DNA from: Candidatus Acidiferrales bacterium | GTDB taxonomy: Bacteria; Acidobacteriota; Terriglobia; Acidiferrales; UBA7541 | Reading direction: 5' to 3' | Assembly (NCBI GenBank): GCA_030037315.1 | Contig: JASHRM010000048.1 | Span: 748 to 64,747 of the forward strand | Length of the DNA: 64,000 nucleotides | Translations under genes and position numbers: made by a program | Notes under the pieces: generated by a model | What the model saw: only the letters and a program-made list of their open reading frames with translations | Database searches by the model: none | What the model was told of the DNA's origin: nothing | Shown: positions 1 to 9,770 of the stretch, piece by piece | Position numbering within the stretch: the first letter of the stretch is position 1 | How the letters are laid out: each line of letters begins with the position of its first letter

Positions 1-1
1 C

Positions 2-958
2 GATAAGTGCCCCGAGACCTGGAAAACCATTACGATCCTGAGTTTACTTGCCCAAACAGATGGAATTCTTGACAGAAAGATTGAGACCGGTGATCAGGAG
101 CGGTTAGTGAGTGAACTTGAGGCCGCTCCGATTGAATCGAAACCTGGGAAATTTCGTTACACCAATTCAGGTTACGAGTTGCTGGCGACAGTCATCCATA
201 AGATCTCGGGCGAGCCCTACGAGAAGTATTTGCAGGAAGAAATTTTCCAGCCTAGTGGTATGACGGATACCGGCAAAACGCTGAAGCCCCCCTCGGAAGA
301 TCGCCCAGCAGTTGCTATTACGCCGAGTGACGGCAAGCTATCGGAAGAATACAGTTTCGGCCGTATCACCTCCACCGTCGACGATCTTTATCGCTGGGAG
401 CGGGCGCTCGATGGTAGTGGCCTTCTCTCGAGAGAGTCGATTACTAAAATGTTTACACCCTATAGCGCCGGACACGGATTTGGCTGGGTTATGCTCGAAG
501 AGTACAACCGGCAGGCTTATACGCAGGGTTACGGAATCTATCTCTTTGCGGCGTCAATACGGCGCTATCCGAAGGACGACGTCTGCGTAGTGGTCTTAAG
601 CGATGATGCGGACAGCGGAAGAATCAGCCGGGACCTCGGTGCAATGGTATTCGGCGTGGAGTACGCGACTCCTAAGCCAGCGGTAACAATCGACATGAAT
701 TCGGTGATTTACGATTCCTATGTCGGTAATTATCGTCTGGCACCCGATTTCATCCTACATGTTGTAAGAAGCGGAAAACGCCTGTTCGCTCAGAGTCCAA
801 ACCTGCCTGCAGTCGAAATCTATCCGAAAACGCAGACGCAGTTCTTTGCGAAAGGGTCCGATACTGTTCTTAATTTTGTAAAGAATGGATCAGAAAAAGC
901 GACCGAGGTGGTAGTTCAGATGGGCGGGGCCGATATTCCGGGGATGCGGGTCAACTAA
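2..958 (+). CDS. Serine hydrolase / beta-lactamase-family protein, 5'-truncated by window edge
   Basis: The frame of ORF 107..958 stays open back to nt 2 (DKCPETWKTITILSLLAQTDG...). It contains FRYTNSGYELLATVIHKISG (the Y-x-N region typical of class-C beta-lactamase-like serine hydrolases). It is convergent with the glycan locus. Confidence 0.7.
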   Translation, partial: DKCPETWKTITILSLLAQTDGILDRKIETGDQERLVSELEAAPIESKPGKFRYTNSGYELLATVIHKISGEPYEKYLQEEIFQPSGMTDTGKTLKPPSEDRPAVAITPSDGKLSEEYSFGRITSTVDDLYRWERALDGSGLLSRESITKMFTPYSAGHGFGWVMLEEYNRQAYTQGYGIYLFAASIRRYPKDDVCVVVLSDDADSGRISRDLGAMVFGVEYATPKPAVTIDMNSVIYDSYVGNYRLAPDFILHVVRSGKRLFAQSPNLPAVEIYPKTQTQFFAKGSDTVLNFVKNGSEKATEVVVQMGGADIPGMRVN

Positions 959-1032
959 GTGCTGACTAAAAGAAGAGAGATGGTTCTCAGGACAGACAGC
1001 TACGGAGGCTAATGACCGTGAAAGGTCAGCAG

Positions 1033-1959
1033 CTATTGGGATGCGACCTTGAAGTTATCGACCTTTTTGAAATTGAGTAGAGACCCAAAAATGCCACGAA
1101 GCTTAGACATCTGTTCTTTGCGGTGAAACTTCATAAGCTCTTTAGAAATGGGCCTTTTTTGGCGAGTGATCGTCGCCCAGGCGAAGCCCAAGCCGAGCGC
1201 AAGCCCTTCGACAAGATAAGGCTTCTTGGTCGCGCGATAGGCAACGCGGAAGAATTCCCAAACGGGGCTACCGCCCAAGTAATAGTCTTTTTCCCCATAA
1301 GAAAATGCTGCCGCGAAGGCGCTTCGCCCCGCAGTTCCAAGATGCCTGTGATGGTAAAACGATTTTTCACGGAAGGAACGAGTCCGCCAACCCATCATCC
1401 TGGCCGCGGTGACGGCTATCCAATCGATCCCCCCGGCTTTATTGGGAAGATATCCTCCGATTTCTTCGAAGCACTCCCGGCGAAAAATCTGGCATTGGCC
1501 TGAAACATGATTTTCGCCCTCGAAGCTGTCGGTCTCGGAGTTGTAACCTTCTTCCTTGAAGATTGTGCCCGCGACGCCAAGCTTTGGGTCTTCTGCGAAT
1601 CTGCGTAGTAGGAATTCGAAATGATCGTCATCGAAAGACGTGTCCGCATCCAGATTGCCGATAATTTCGTAAGAGGCGCCCTTTAGCCGCTCACGCCCTG
1701 CGTTAAACGCATGAACTTTCGCGGCGAAATGACGCTCCTGGCGAACAGGGAGATCCACTACTTCAATCCATTCCTGTCCAGCAGTACGCTGCGCGGCTAT
1801 CGAGCCTGTAGCATCCGTCGAGCCGTCGTTCACGATGACCCATTTGATGGGCCGTACAGTTTGCCGCATCATCGAATCAATCGTCTTTTCGATGAACGCT
1901 GCCTCGTTGCGGGCCGGCGTGATGAGAACGTATGAGGGTAGGACTACCGCTTCATCCAT
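1033..1959 (-). CDS. Family-2 glycosyltransferase (GT-A fold)
   Basis: N-terminal signature VLITPARNEAAFIEKTIDSMMRQTVRPIKWVIVNDGSTDATG and the DxD-type motif NLDADTSF. Confidence 0.85.
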   Translation of the reverse strand: MDEAVVLPSYVLITPARNEAAFIEKTIDSMMRQTVRPIKWVIVNDGSTDATGSIAAQRTAGQEWIEVVDLPVRQERHFAAKVHAFNAGRERLKGASYEIIGNLDADTSFDDDHFEFLLRRFAEDPKLGVAGTIFKEEGYNSETDSFEGENHVSGQCQIFRRECFEEIGGYLPNKAGGIDWIAVTAARMMGWRTRSFREKSFYHHRHLGTAGRSAFAAAFSYGEKDYYLGGSPVWEFFRVAYRATKKPYLVEGLALGLGFAWATITRQKRPISKELMKFHRKEQMSKLRGIFGSLLNFKKVDNFKVASQ

Positions 1960-2027
1960 GCTGCTACCGTCCTTTTTGGTCCCGTCTCACTTCGTATTGT
2001 CACTGGTTGATCGGATGAAAATAGCTG

Positions 2028-3788
2028 CTAAATTTTAGGCTGGGTCCAGATCGATACTGAGGCATCCAGCCAGCGATCTGGGCTCTCGGTATACGGCCGA
2101 ACTACGCGGAAATGACGGGTCAGCCAGCTGAACCATTGCGGAGCGGGCGAGGGCTTGTAAAAGCACACCAGGTCTTCAGGCCGGCGGTAAATGCTTGCCT
2201 GGACGCTCGAAGCCCTGTCATCAGAAAGCACGATCACGATATCTCCGGGAAGAGGCGAAGTGGCGGCGTGACAAACGATCGACTGATAATCCACGCATGG
2301 CCCATCCTGTGCCAGGCTGGCGGCGGCGACAGTTACTCGCAGCCCTCCATGTGTGGCTGCAGGCGAACCCTCCACTGGCACACCGATATGACTTAGATAT
2401 GCCGAAAGCTCCATCACCAACCAAGGGCTGGCATAGGGAAAAAACAGACGCGAGGCGCGCGCTGGATCTGCGTCGTGTTGTCGTCTAATGGCCTCGGCGA
2501 TTTGCGCCTTACCGTACATCAGATTTTTGTCCTCAAAAAACCAGCACGCAGAAAACGTTAATTCCACGAGCAAAATCGCCACAATCCCGGCCGCTGCGAC
2601 CGTTCTGGCAGCACGACTAAGACACCGCCAAGACAGGACCACAGTCCGGCCAAGGTACAGAATCGCGATCATGTCTGCAGGGGCAAGAAAATATACCTTA
2701 AACATCCGCAAGGCGAGATACGACACGAAGTAAATCGAGCCCCCAAAGGCCAGCGAATCCCACAATAAAGACGGATCGGCTTTGCCCCGGATGATTCGAT
2801 AGCCCTTCACGCAAGTTACGATCAACAGAAGCCACGGAAGCGGGTCCGCTCCCAAGTAGAGACGAATCGTCTCGAATAATGAAGAGTGACTTTCGTCGGC
2901 GTAATGCATGTTGGGCTGATGCAGAAGGATCGTCGCATAGTAGAGAAGGAAAACCACCGTAACGCCCACGAAAGACAAGTCCAGTCGACCTTCCGGCCCG
3001 TTCAGCCAGCTGGGAATCCAGCTTAGAACACTTTGTTTTCTGCAACGCAGCAATAGCCGTGCGCCAGCAAAGCCTAATAGCAAGAGAAATGCAGTCTCTT
3101 TGTAATATGCGATGAATTGCGCTGCAACGACACCGAGAATCGCCCACTTGGCAGAGTGCGTCTTTTCAAACTGCCTCACCGCGATAGCGAGCACGGCAAT
3201 CCACAATACGACGTTTCGTTCGGTGAAAATCAGTTCTCCAAAGCTCATGAAAACCGAAGGCACGCAAAGAACGCTTATCGCTAGCGCAAATCGCTCCGCG
3301 AGACTCAGTGCTGGATCAAGCGCAAGCAACAGACAAAACAGAATGACGACTTCAAGGAGGGAGAACGACAGGTAGCCTTGAATGGTATGCGTGAAATGAC
3401 GGATGACGTTGAATTCCTGGTGGGCCAACGGGAAAAAGCGGCCCTGTCCTGCCCAGATGGGCGGAAGTATATCCCGGCCCTCTAGCGTCTGCAGGGTAAA
3501 CATATAGTTGTCGTAATATGTGAAGTAACTCCACTTGAGGATGGCGGCAGCATAACCGACTCCAAAAAGCATCGTCAGAAGAATCACAATCGGGATATGC
3601 CAGCGTGCGGTGTTGCCGGACGACTTGCTTCCTGAATTCCAAGAATGATCGTAGCAACCGGTTGGAGCATTCCTCACCGCCCATGCGGCCAGGATGGCAG
3701 CGGAGGCGGTGATGCCAAACCAAACGGCGACGAAATGCTCCTCGCGTGCCCGCCAAACTATTTTCATTATGTGGATAGCAGAAGACAC
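2028..3788 (-). CDS. Large polytopic membrane protein, possible GT-C-type glycosyltransferase
   Basis: 586 aa with many hydrophobic segments and a soluble C-terminal tail of roughly 130 aa. I can name no diagnostic motif. The GT-C suggestion comes only from its neighbour, a polyprenyl-phosphate sugar synthase. Confidence 0.45.
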   Translation of the reverse strand: MSSAIHIMKIVWRAREEHFVAVWFGITASAAILAAWAVRNAPTGCYDHSWNSGSKSSGNTARWHIPIVILLTMLFGVGYAAAILKWSYFTYYDNYMFTLQTLEGRDILPPIWAGQGRFFPLAHQEFNVIRHFTHTIQGYLSFSLLEVVILFCLLLALDPALSLAERFALAISVLCVPSVFMSFGELIFTERNVVLWIAVLAIAVRQFEKTHSAKWAILGVVAAQFIAYYKETAFLLLLGFAGARLLLRCRKQSVLSWIPSWLNGPEGRLDLSFVGVTVVFLLYYATILLHQPNMHYADESHSSLFETIRLYLGADPLPWLLLIVTCVKGYRIIRGKADPSLLWDSLAFGGSIYFVSYLALRMFKVYFLAPADMIAILYLGRTVVLSWRCLSRAARTVAAAGIVAILLVELTFSACWFFEDKNLMYGKAQIAEAIRRQHDADPARASRLFFPYASPWLVMELSAYLSHIGVPVEGSPAATHGGLRVTVAAASLAQDGPCVDYQSIVCHAATSPLPGDIVIVLSDDRASSVQASIYRRPEDLVCFYKPSPAPQWFSWLTRHFRVVRPYTESPDRWLDASVSIWTQPKI

Positions 3789-3818
3789 TAGGTTGCTCGA
3801 AAAAAGCTGAGTTCGACT

Positions 3819-4025
3819 CTAGTTGGGCAAGCAAGCGTACTCAGTTTTTCCGTCGAAATCGTCCCAGCTGAGATGACTACCTTGCGGACAGCCGAGTCGC
3901 CGCAGGGCTGGATCATACAGCCGTCGGTATTCGCGCGGCCTCGCGCTTGTGACAATCGCGCCGCCGAAAACGGCAGCAATAAAGCCTAACGCAAAGCCGA
4001 GCGCCAATATCGCAAGGTATTTCAT
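3819..4025 (-). CDS. Small single-pass membrane protein (hypothetical)
   Basis: 68 aa. N-terminal TM segment MKYLAILALGFALGFIAAVFGGAIV followed by a polar tail with 2 Cys. Same strand as the operon. No recognisable family. Confidence 0.3.
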   Translation of the reverse strand: MKYLAILALGFALGFIAAVFGGAIVTSARPREYRRLYDPALRRLGCPQGSHLSWDDFDGKTEYACLPN

Positions 4026-4245
4026 CTGTTGTCTTTTCCTCGCGTGCCTCGTCGGAGGGTTCGTTGACCTTTGTGCAGAAGATGAGCGCCGGAGAAGACC
4101 GGCAGATGGAAAGAGAGCGACCGTAGCGGCCGGAACGCCTGAAATGGCGCCTGCCAGTCAAACGTAGAGGGCTGCGAAGCTAGCGGCCCAGTCCGGATGC
4201 GGGCTGGCTCATGCCGAGCGAAGCCGATACGAACCGGTGACAACA

Positions 4246-5325
4246 TCAGCGGCTAATCTTAACGACTTCGACAGGGCTCCGAACCGGGACATCTTCCGGC
4301 ACCACAAGACTCTCTCGGGCGGCTGGCGTTTGCGCGGTACCGCTAGGAACCTCAACAGTCGTTCTCGGAGCGAAATTCCACGTGTCGGCGACAACATAAA
4401 GTGGCCGCGCCTTGCTCTCTTCAAAAATCTTCGCAACGTACTCTCCGAGGAGACCCACGGCAATCATAAGCGCAGCGTTGCAAAGGCAAATGACTACCAT
4501 GAGAGAGGTCCAGCCGGACACGGTATTGCCCGTGAAATGCTGGACCAACGCGCGCACGGTTTCCTCGATTGCCAGCAGCGTCATGACACCGGCCCCGAAG
4601 AAACTGAGGCGGAGAGGCAACGGGGAGAAAGAGGTTGCGGCAGTCCACGCTAGCCGGATCATTTTCCGAAGAGGATATTTCGTGACGCCGGCGGTCCGGG
4701 CGTGACGTTCGTACGGCACGCAAACTTGCGGATAGCCCACCCAGGCCACCATGCCCCTTAGAAAACGATGAAGCTCGTGCATCGATCGAAGGGTATCGAC
4801 GCATCGACGTGACATCAGCCGGAAGTCGCCGACGTCCGGAGGCAATGATTTCAAAAAGAACACACGCATGCATCGGTAAAAGAACCATGCCGTGAATTTC
4901 TTGAAGGTCCCCTCACCCGAGCGCGCCACGCGCTGCCCGCAAACCACATCGTAGCCGAGGCGGTATTCGTCGACCATGCGATGAATGAGTTGCAGGGGAT
5001 CCTGCAAATCCGCATCGATCAGCACAACCGCATCGCCGGAAGCGAAGTCGACTCCCGCAGTAGAAGCGTACTGATGACCGAAATTCCGCGACAGATTCAC
5101 GACTTTAATGCGGCTATCGGATTGCGACCATTCGACGAGAAGTTCGATCGTGCGATCGGAGCTTCCATCGTTTACCGCGATAACTTCGCAGGCGTAGGGG
5201 GACTCGTCCAGGAATTCTGTCAGGTGCTGCCGCACAGAGGGCAAGATCTCCTCCTCGTTGTAGAACGGCATCACGATGGATAGGAGCCGCGGATTGGGGC
5301 GCGGGGTTAAATAGCCATGAGACAT
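4246..5325 (-). CDS. Polyprenyl-phosphate glycosyltransferase (GT2, GtrB/ArnC/DPM1-like)
   Basis: LSIVMPFYNEEEILPSV, VIAVNDGSSDRT and LIDADLQDP (DxD), plus two C-terminal TM helices, which is the GtrB/ArnC architecture. The ATG at 5325 is preceded by GAGG. The ORF-track start at 5361 is a TTG and seems less likely. Confidence 0.85.
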   Translation of the reverse strand: MSHGYLTPRPNPRLLSIVMPFYNEEEILPSVRQHLTEFLDESPYACEVIAVNDGSSDRTIELLVEWSQSDSRIKVVNLSRNFGHQYASTAGVDFASGDAVVLIDADLQDPLQLIHRMVDEYRLGYDVVCGQRVARSGEGTFKKFTAWFFYRCMRVFFLKSLPPDVGDFRLMSRRCVDTLRSMHELHRFLRGMVAWVGYPQVCVPYERHARTAGVTKYPLRKMIRLAWTAATSFSPLPLRLSFFGAGVMTLLAIEETVRALVQHFTGNTVSGWTSLMVVICLCNAALMIAVGLLGEYVAKIFEESKARPLYVVADTWNFAPRTTVEVPSGTAQTPAARESLVVPEDVPVRSPVEVVKISR

Positions 5326-5380
5326 CGGAACCTCACTTCGAACTGCGATCCTGGCACACAACTACGCCGAAGCGGCGTGA

Positions 5381-7048
5381 TCATTGCGGAGCCACCCGGG
5401 TCGGACACGCAAGGCTTTTCTTCATGAAAACTTGCACATCAACCGGCGCGAAGCGACCCATCGAAAAGTGATATGGACCTCGATAATTAGGATCGGTTGA
5501 AAGACGTTGCACGAATTCCGCGTTGTGCTCATTGTTCTGGTTTTCCTGGCCTTTATAGTCATTGACATACCCAGGCGCCGTAAGGACCATATCGTTCTGC
5601 GCCGCTGTACTCATGACTTGCTGCCAGTCGATCGGACCTTGCTCATAACGCCATAGCCAGGTGACAGTAGGAATCGATAGTGTCGCCGCTCGCGTTGATG
5701 TCGTCCGTCTGATCCACGAGAACTGGATTTGCGGCGGGTTTAGAAATCGCCCGCCACCCAAGAAAGCTATCTCAGGCGCCTGAACATGGCAACTATCGGC
5801 AAGGTCAACAGCGGGCTGCCAGTCCCATTGATCGAACCGCATCATCGTTCGCGTGGGGAGTGTGGCGTTTACGAAACCAACGTCAAGCGGCTCATGATTT
5901 GGGCGAATCACCGGCGAGATCAATAATACTGTTTGAAATGCCAGCAGCACAAAAGATAGGGCTGTTGCCGTCCAAGATCCCAGCCAGCCCGAGGCCGATG
6001 CCCAAACACCCATCACGATAGCCAGCGGAATCATGGACGGCGAAATGTGCCGTAAAAGCTGATTGGTGCCCGAGAGCTGTTCTGCGACGATCGGCAATCC
6101 CGCGCAGGCACATGCCCCGATGCTAGCCCACTGCGCGGTATCGAGCCTCGATCGTTTTCGAAGGGTCCTAATGACGAAGGCCGAAATCACGAGCGCGATT
6201 AGAATCGCAAGTGCGGGCCCCAGAAGGCACCTTACAACTGTCTCGAACCACCTAATCCATGTACCAAGAGATGGCGCACCGAGAGAGTTCCCCGCGAAAC
6301 CACGTGCATAACGTCCGTAGCCAATCGCTTCCTTTATGTTGAGTAACCACCAGGGGCCGGCAATCACGCAAGCGAGAACCGCCGCCTTTCGTTCAGAGAG
6401 CAGGGACGGAATCTTGCCGTGCGTCCAGTAGCTGGTAACAAGCCAAAACACAAGGACCGGAATCGCAATCAGTAAGAAGGATGTTTTCGCCAAGAATCCC
6501 AGCGCAACGGAACAGCCGAGACCGATCCAAGTACTCGTGCTCCGCTCTGTCTCATTCCAAGCGGTGAAGATGTAATACAACATCGAGGCCGTCGCCAGAA
6601 AGAGCGGCGCGTCGGTGCCAAAGAAAATACTTGCGGACAGTACTTCCGGCGAGAGCGCAAAAATCAAAGCGGCAAAAGCACCAGCGATAGGGCCCGCGAT
6701 TCGCCGAGCAGCGAGAAATATGAAGAAAGCCGTCAGTACGAAACAACACAGCGACACGAGACGTGCCTCGGTCGTGTGGTACCCGAAAGCTCCAATGAAT
6801 GGCAACGCAAGTAATCGGTACGCAGGAGGCCGACCTTCCGGTTTGATGAAAATCCTGCCAATCAGCTTGAGTAAGTGTCCCGTTCTCAGACGTTGCCCGT
6901 CAATTTGAATGTCGTCGAGATACTGCGCCTCATCCCAATGGATTCCGAAAGGATGCGTGAGCGACCAGCGAATCGCCGCCGCAGTAAGAATGCCTATTAC
7001 TCCAGCTGCAAAGAGAAACCATGCGTTCGTTTTGGATTTAGTTTCCAA
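5381..7048 (-). CDS. GT-C fold glycosyltransferase (ArnT/PMT-like, GT39/GT83-type)
   Basis: 555 aa, about 12 TM segments. The first-loop motif HWDEAQYLDD resembles that of ArnT/protein-mannosyltransferase-like enzymes. Adjacent to the GtrB-like donor synthase. Confidence 0.7.
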   Translation of the reverse strand: METKSKTNAWFLFAAGVIGILTAAAIRWSLTHPFGIHWDEAQYLDDIQIDGQRLRTGHLLKLIGRIFIKPEGRPPAYRLLALPFIGAFGYHTTEARLVSLCCFVLTAFFIFLAARRIAGPIAGAFAALIFALSPEVLSASIFFGTDAPLFLATASMLYYIFTAWNETERSTSTWIGLGCSVALGFLAKTSFLLIAIPVLVFWLVTSYWTHGKIPSLLSERKAAVLACVIAGPWWLLNIKEAIGYGRYARGFAGNSLGAPSLGTWIRWFETVVRCLLGPALAILIALVISAFVIRTLRKRSRLDTAQWASIGACACAGLPIVAEQLSGTNQLLRHISPSMIPLAIVMGVWASASGWLGSWTATALSFVLLAFQTVLLISPVIRPNHEPLDVGFVNATLPTRTMMRFDQWDWQPAVDLADSCHVQAPEIAFLGGGRFLNPPQIQFSWIRRTTSTRAATLSIPTVTWLWRYEQGPIDWQQVMSTAAQNDMVLTAPGYVNDYKGQENQNNEHNAEFVQRLSTDPNYRGPYHFSMGRFAPVDVQVFMKKSLACPTRVAPQ

Positions 7049-7076
7049 GTGAGGGTGGAAGACTCAGTCGACAGAT

Positions 7077-7748
7077 TTAGACTTTATTGTTAGCAAAGAC
7101 TAAGTTGATTTTGTGGGCGTAGAAGGCCTCTGCATAACCGCTAGGAGCGTTGCACTCCATCCCTCGCAAGCGCATTAGCGAAAGAAACGTTTCCTCTCGA
7201 AACCAGCGTTTCGAGCGTTGCGATTCGAACGCTTCCATCAGGTACCGCACCTTTGCCTGGAACGTTTCTTGTTCGAGAGGCACAAAAAGATTCGGTTGAC
7301 CGAGATCGCCGTCGTATTTGGGGATCTCGTACTCGAGGATCAAGTGATCGCGAAACGTGTTCCAAGTCAATTCTGCAATCAGACGGTGATCCTGATGAGC
7401 GTCTTTGCGGCAGTGGGTAAAGATGATGTCCGGAGACGTTTTTTTCAGGTCTTCGAACGCCGCTTTCACTTCAGAACCAACAAATGGCATGAACCCGTCT
7501 TGAAAGTTCTTGATGATGGGTCCGTTGATCGCGGTTTTTCCGGCAAATAGTTGGGCGGCCCGGTGTGCCTCCGCAATGCGGACTCCGGTAGCACTGAAAA
7601 CGACCCAGTGAAGAGTCGCCTTCGGATACTGGGCAATAACGCGGAGGATCGTGCCGCCACACCCAATCTCGATATCGTCGGAGTGAGCGCCGAGGCATAA
7701 GATGCTCAACGGCGCGGATGTGTCCGGTAACAGACCTAGAGAACGCAT
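7077..7748 (-). CDS. PIG-L/LmbE family deacetylase
   Basis: ILCLGAHSDDIEIGCGGT and HQDHR motifs characteristic of PIG-L zinc deacetylases. Confidence 0.85.
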   Translation of the reverse strand: MRSLGLLPDTSAPLSILCLGAHSDDIEIGCGGTILRVIAQYPKATLHWVVFSATGVRIAEAHRAAQLFAGKTAINGPIIKNFQDGFMPFVGSEVKAAFEDLKKTSPDIIFTHCRKDAHQDHRLIAELTWNTFRDHLILEYEIPKYDGDLGQPNLFVPLEQETFQAKVRYLMEAFESQRSKRWFREETFLSLMRLRGMECNAPSGYAEAFYAHKINLVFANNKV

Positions 7749-7775
7749 CTTGTACTGAGAAACGCGAGACGCGGG

Positions 7776-8573
7776 TTAACGACAGCCATTCTTGCAGCCT
7801 TTCCACACTTCCCAAGGTGCCGTCCCACTTCCCCACAAATTCTCAAGATGTTGCTTGTCTTTGAACGTATCCATACTCGCCCAGAAACCATCGTATGGAT
7901 AGCCGATCAGCTGCTTTTCCTCCATCAGCCTGTGAAATGGGCCGTTGACGAGTTCCTCGCCTTCGTGGATGTAATCAAAAATCTTTTTCTTGAAGACGAA
8001 GAAGCCACCATTGATTCGCATGGTGCCGTCCGAAATCGCGTGGATTCCGGAAACGAGATTGCCATTTCCTTTGTGGAGCGAGACGAGATGATAGCTCAGG
8101 TTCGGACGGACGCAAAGGAAACTGGCTATTTTCCCCTGGCCGCGGAAATGTTCGATTTGTTGCGGCAGAGGCAGGTCAGTCAGTCCGTCACTGTAGTTCG
8201 CCAGGAACTCGTCTTCGCCTTCCAAATACTTCTCGGCGGCCTTAAGTCGCTGTCCGATATTCGAATTGACACCCGTGTCGGCAAACGTGATCCGCCAATC
8301 CTGGATATCGCTATTGAAAAGTTCGAGCCTTTTTCCACCGCCGGATAGAACGAAATCATTCGAAGTGTACTCGCTGTAAGTCAGAAAATAGTTTTTCACG
8401 GCCTCGGCGCGGTGCCCCAGACACAAAATGAAGTCCTTATGCCCGTAATGAGCGTAATACTTCATCACGTGCCAGAGGATCGGCCGGTAGCCGATTTGAA
8501 CCATCGGCTTTGGGACGTCGTCGGCATCCCGGATGCGAAGACCGAGACCGCCGCAAAAAAGTACGACCTTCAT
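7776..8573 (-). CDS. rfbF: Glucose-1-phosphate cytidylyltransferase
   Basis: MKVVLFCGGLGLRIRD...PKPMVQIGYRPILWHVMKYYAHYGHKDFILCLGH matches the RfbF/DdhA-type N-terminus. About 265 aa, as expected. Confidence 0.85.
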   Translation of the reverse strand: MKVVLFCGGLGLRIRDADDVPKPMVQIGYRPILWHVMKYYAHYGHKDFILCLGHRAEAVKNYFLTYSEYTSNDFVLSGGGKRLELFNSDIQDWRITFADTGVNSNIGQRLKAAEKYLEGEDEFLANYSDGLTDLPLPQQIEHFRGQGKIASFLCVRPNLSYHLVSLHKGNGNLVSGIHAISDGTMRINGGFFVFKKKIFDYIHEGEELVNGPFHRLMEEKQLIGYPYDGFWASMDTFKDKQHLENLWGSGTAPWEVWKGCKNGCR

Positions 8574-8635
8574 CTGATTGCTCCTTACCCTCAGAATCTG
8601 TGTCTGGTAAACGAACTACATCGATGGCGCGACGA

Positions 8636-9718
8636 TCATCGAGCCGCGCTTACGACCTCGCGAGCATCTGCTGATACTTTCGGTCCTTCGACCCTTTCCA
8701 GCCAGATCTCGCGCCAATAGCAGTATGTTTCTCGTGGGCAAAACATCCGACACGGGCTGTAGCGCGCGCCGCAAACCACAGACTCGAGAAGAATCGAAGC
8801 AGACTTCATTCGGATCATCTTTCCTGTCTTCTCATCGAGGACGTTGTGAACCCGTTTCGCAACTCGGTACGTCTTTCCGCAATAGGGAACTAGCTCCGCG
8901 TCCCACCAGAGCCCGTGATTCTTGCTACCATCATCCAACGTAGCGAGAATCTCCTTGTGCGACTTCACTCGCACGAGTTCCCCGGGTTGGAGATTCAGGT
9001 CTACCGTCGGCGTCGGCTGCCCGGCAGGTATCGTGCCGCGCTCGCGAAGCCACCGCGTGTCGGGTCCAAGAGGACGAACGACGTTATAGAGCCACCGCAT
9101 TGCCGGCCCGACGCCGATGCCGGCCTGGCTGAGGTTGAAGTAACCCGACCACGTAAATCCACAGATGAATCTCCATAAGCTCACATTTTTTGACCAGTAG
9201 TCCTTCACATACTGGCGGGGATCCCACCAATTCAGAGCTTTCTGATACTGCACTTGAGTGGTCTGGCAAATGAACGTCGGCTCGCTGTTGTTCCCTTCGG
9301 TGGGCGGAGCCTGCGTGCCCTTCCAGACGTCCACTTCCGTGCAGCCCGACGAAGTTCCGTCGTTTACGTCTCCGTTATTCTCGATGGTCGCGAGGGAATC
9401 GTTGGCTTTGCCGGAATTTGCCGGCTTGAGCCAAGCATTCTTCCAGAAAAACACGCATCCGGCCTGGCAGCCGCCATGTGCTTGTCCATCACATCGAGTT
9501 TGTAGATGGACGGCATCAGGAACGCTGCGGCTCTTGAAATCCGGATCGCAGGTCTTGTGGGCGACTTTGCGAACGGGGAAACGCTGGCCACAGAACTGAA
9601 ACATCTCCGGCATAAAGGGCATGCCGTCGAGTTGCCCTTTAGCGTCGAGTGTCCGCAGGATTTCTTCCTTGCTGCGAACCTCAACCCATTCGCCCACGGA
9701 TAGCTTTTGTACCTTCAT
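8636..9718 (-). CDS. Cys-rich cytoplasmic protein of unknown function with internal domain duplication
   Basis: The start was moved to the ATG at 9718 (MKVQKLSVGEWVEV...), because the longer ORF-track form overlaps the upstream flippase by 236 nt. Two repeats are visible: GEWVEVRSKEEILRTLD...FCGQRFPVRKV...C-x7-C-x3-C...FWKNAWL and GELVRVKSHKEILATLD...YCGKTYRVAKR...C-x6-C-x3-C-x5-C...YWREIWL. Confidence 0.6.
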   Translation of the reverse strand: MKVQKLSVGEWVEVRSKEEILRTLDAKGQLDGMPFMPEMFQFCGQRFPVRKVAHKTCDPDFKSRSVPDAVHLQTRCDGQAHGGCQAGCVFFWKNAWLKPANSGKANDSLATIENNGDVNDGTSSGCTEVDVWKGTQAPPTEGNNSEPTFICQTTQVQYQKALNWWDPRQYVKDYWSKNVSLWRFICGFTWSGYFNLSQAGIGVGPAMRWLYNVVRPLGPDTRWLRERGTIPAGQPTPTVDLNLQPGELVRVKSHKEILATLDDGSKNHGLWWDAELVPYCGKTYRVAKRVHNVLDEKTGKMIRMKSASILLESVVCGARYSPCRMFCPRETYCYWREIWLERVEGPKVSADAREVVSAAR

Positions 9719-9770
9719 GAATTGAGACTTTTCTTCAGTTCGGATGAGTGATTCCGTGCGTATCCCCGAA

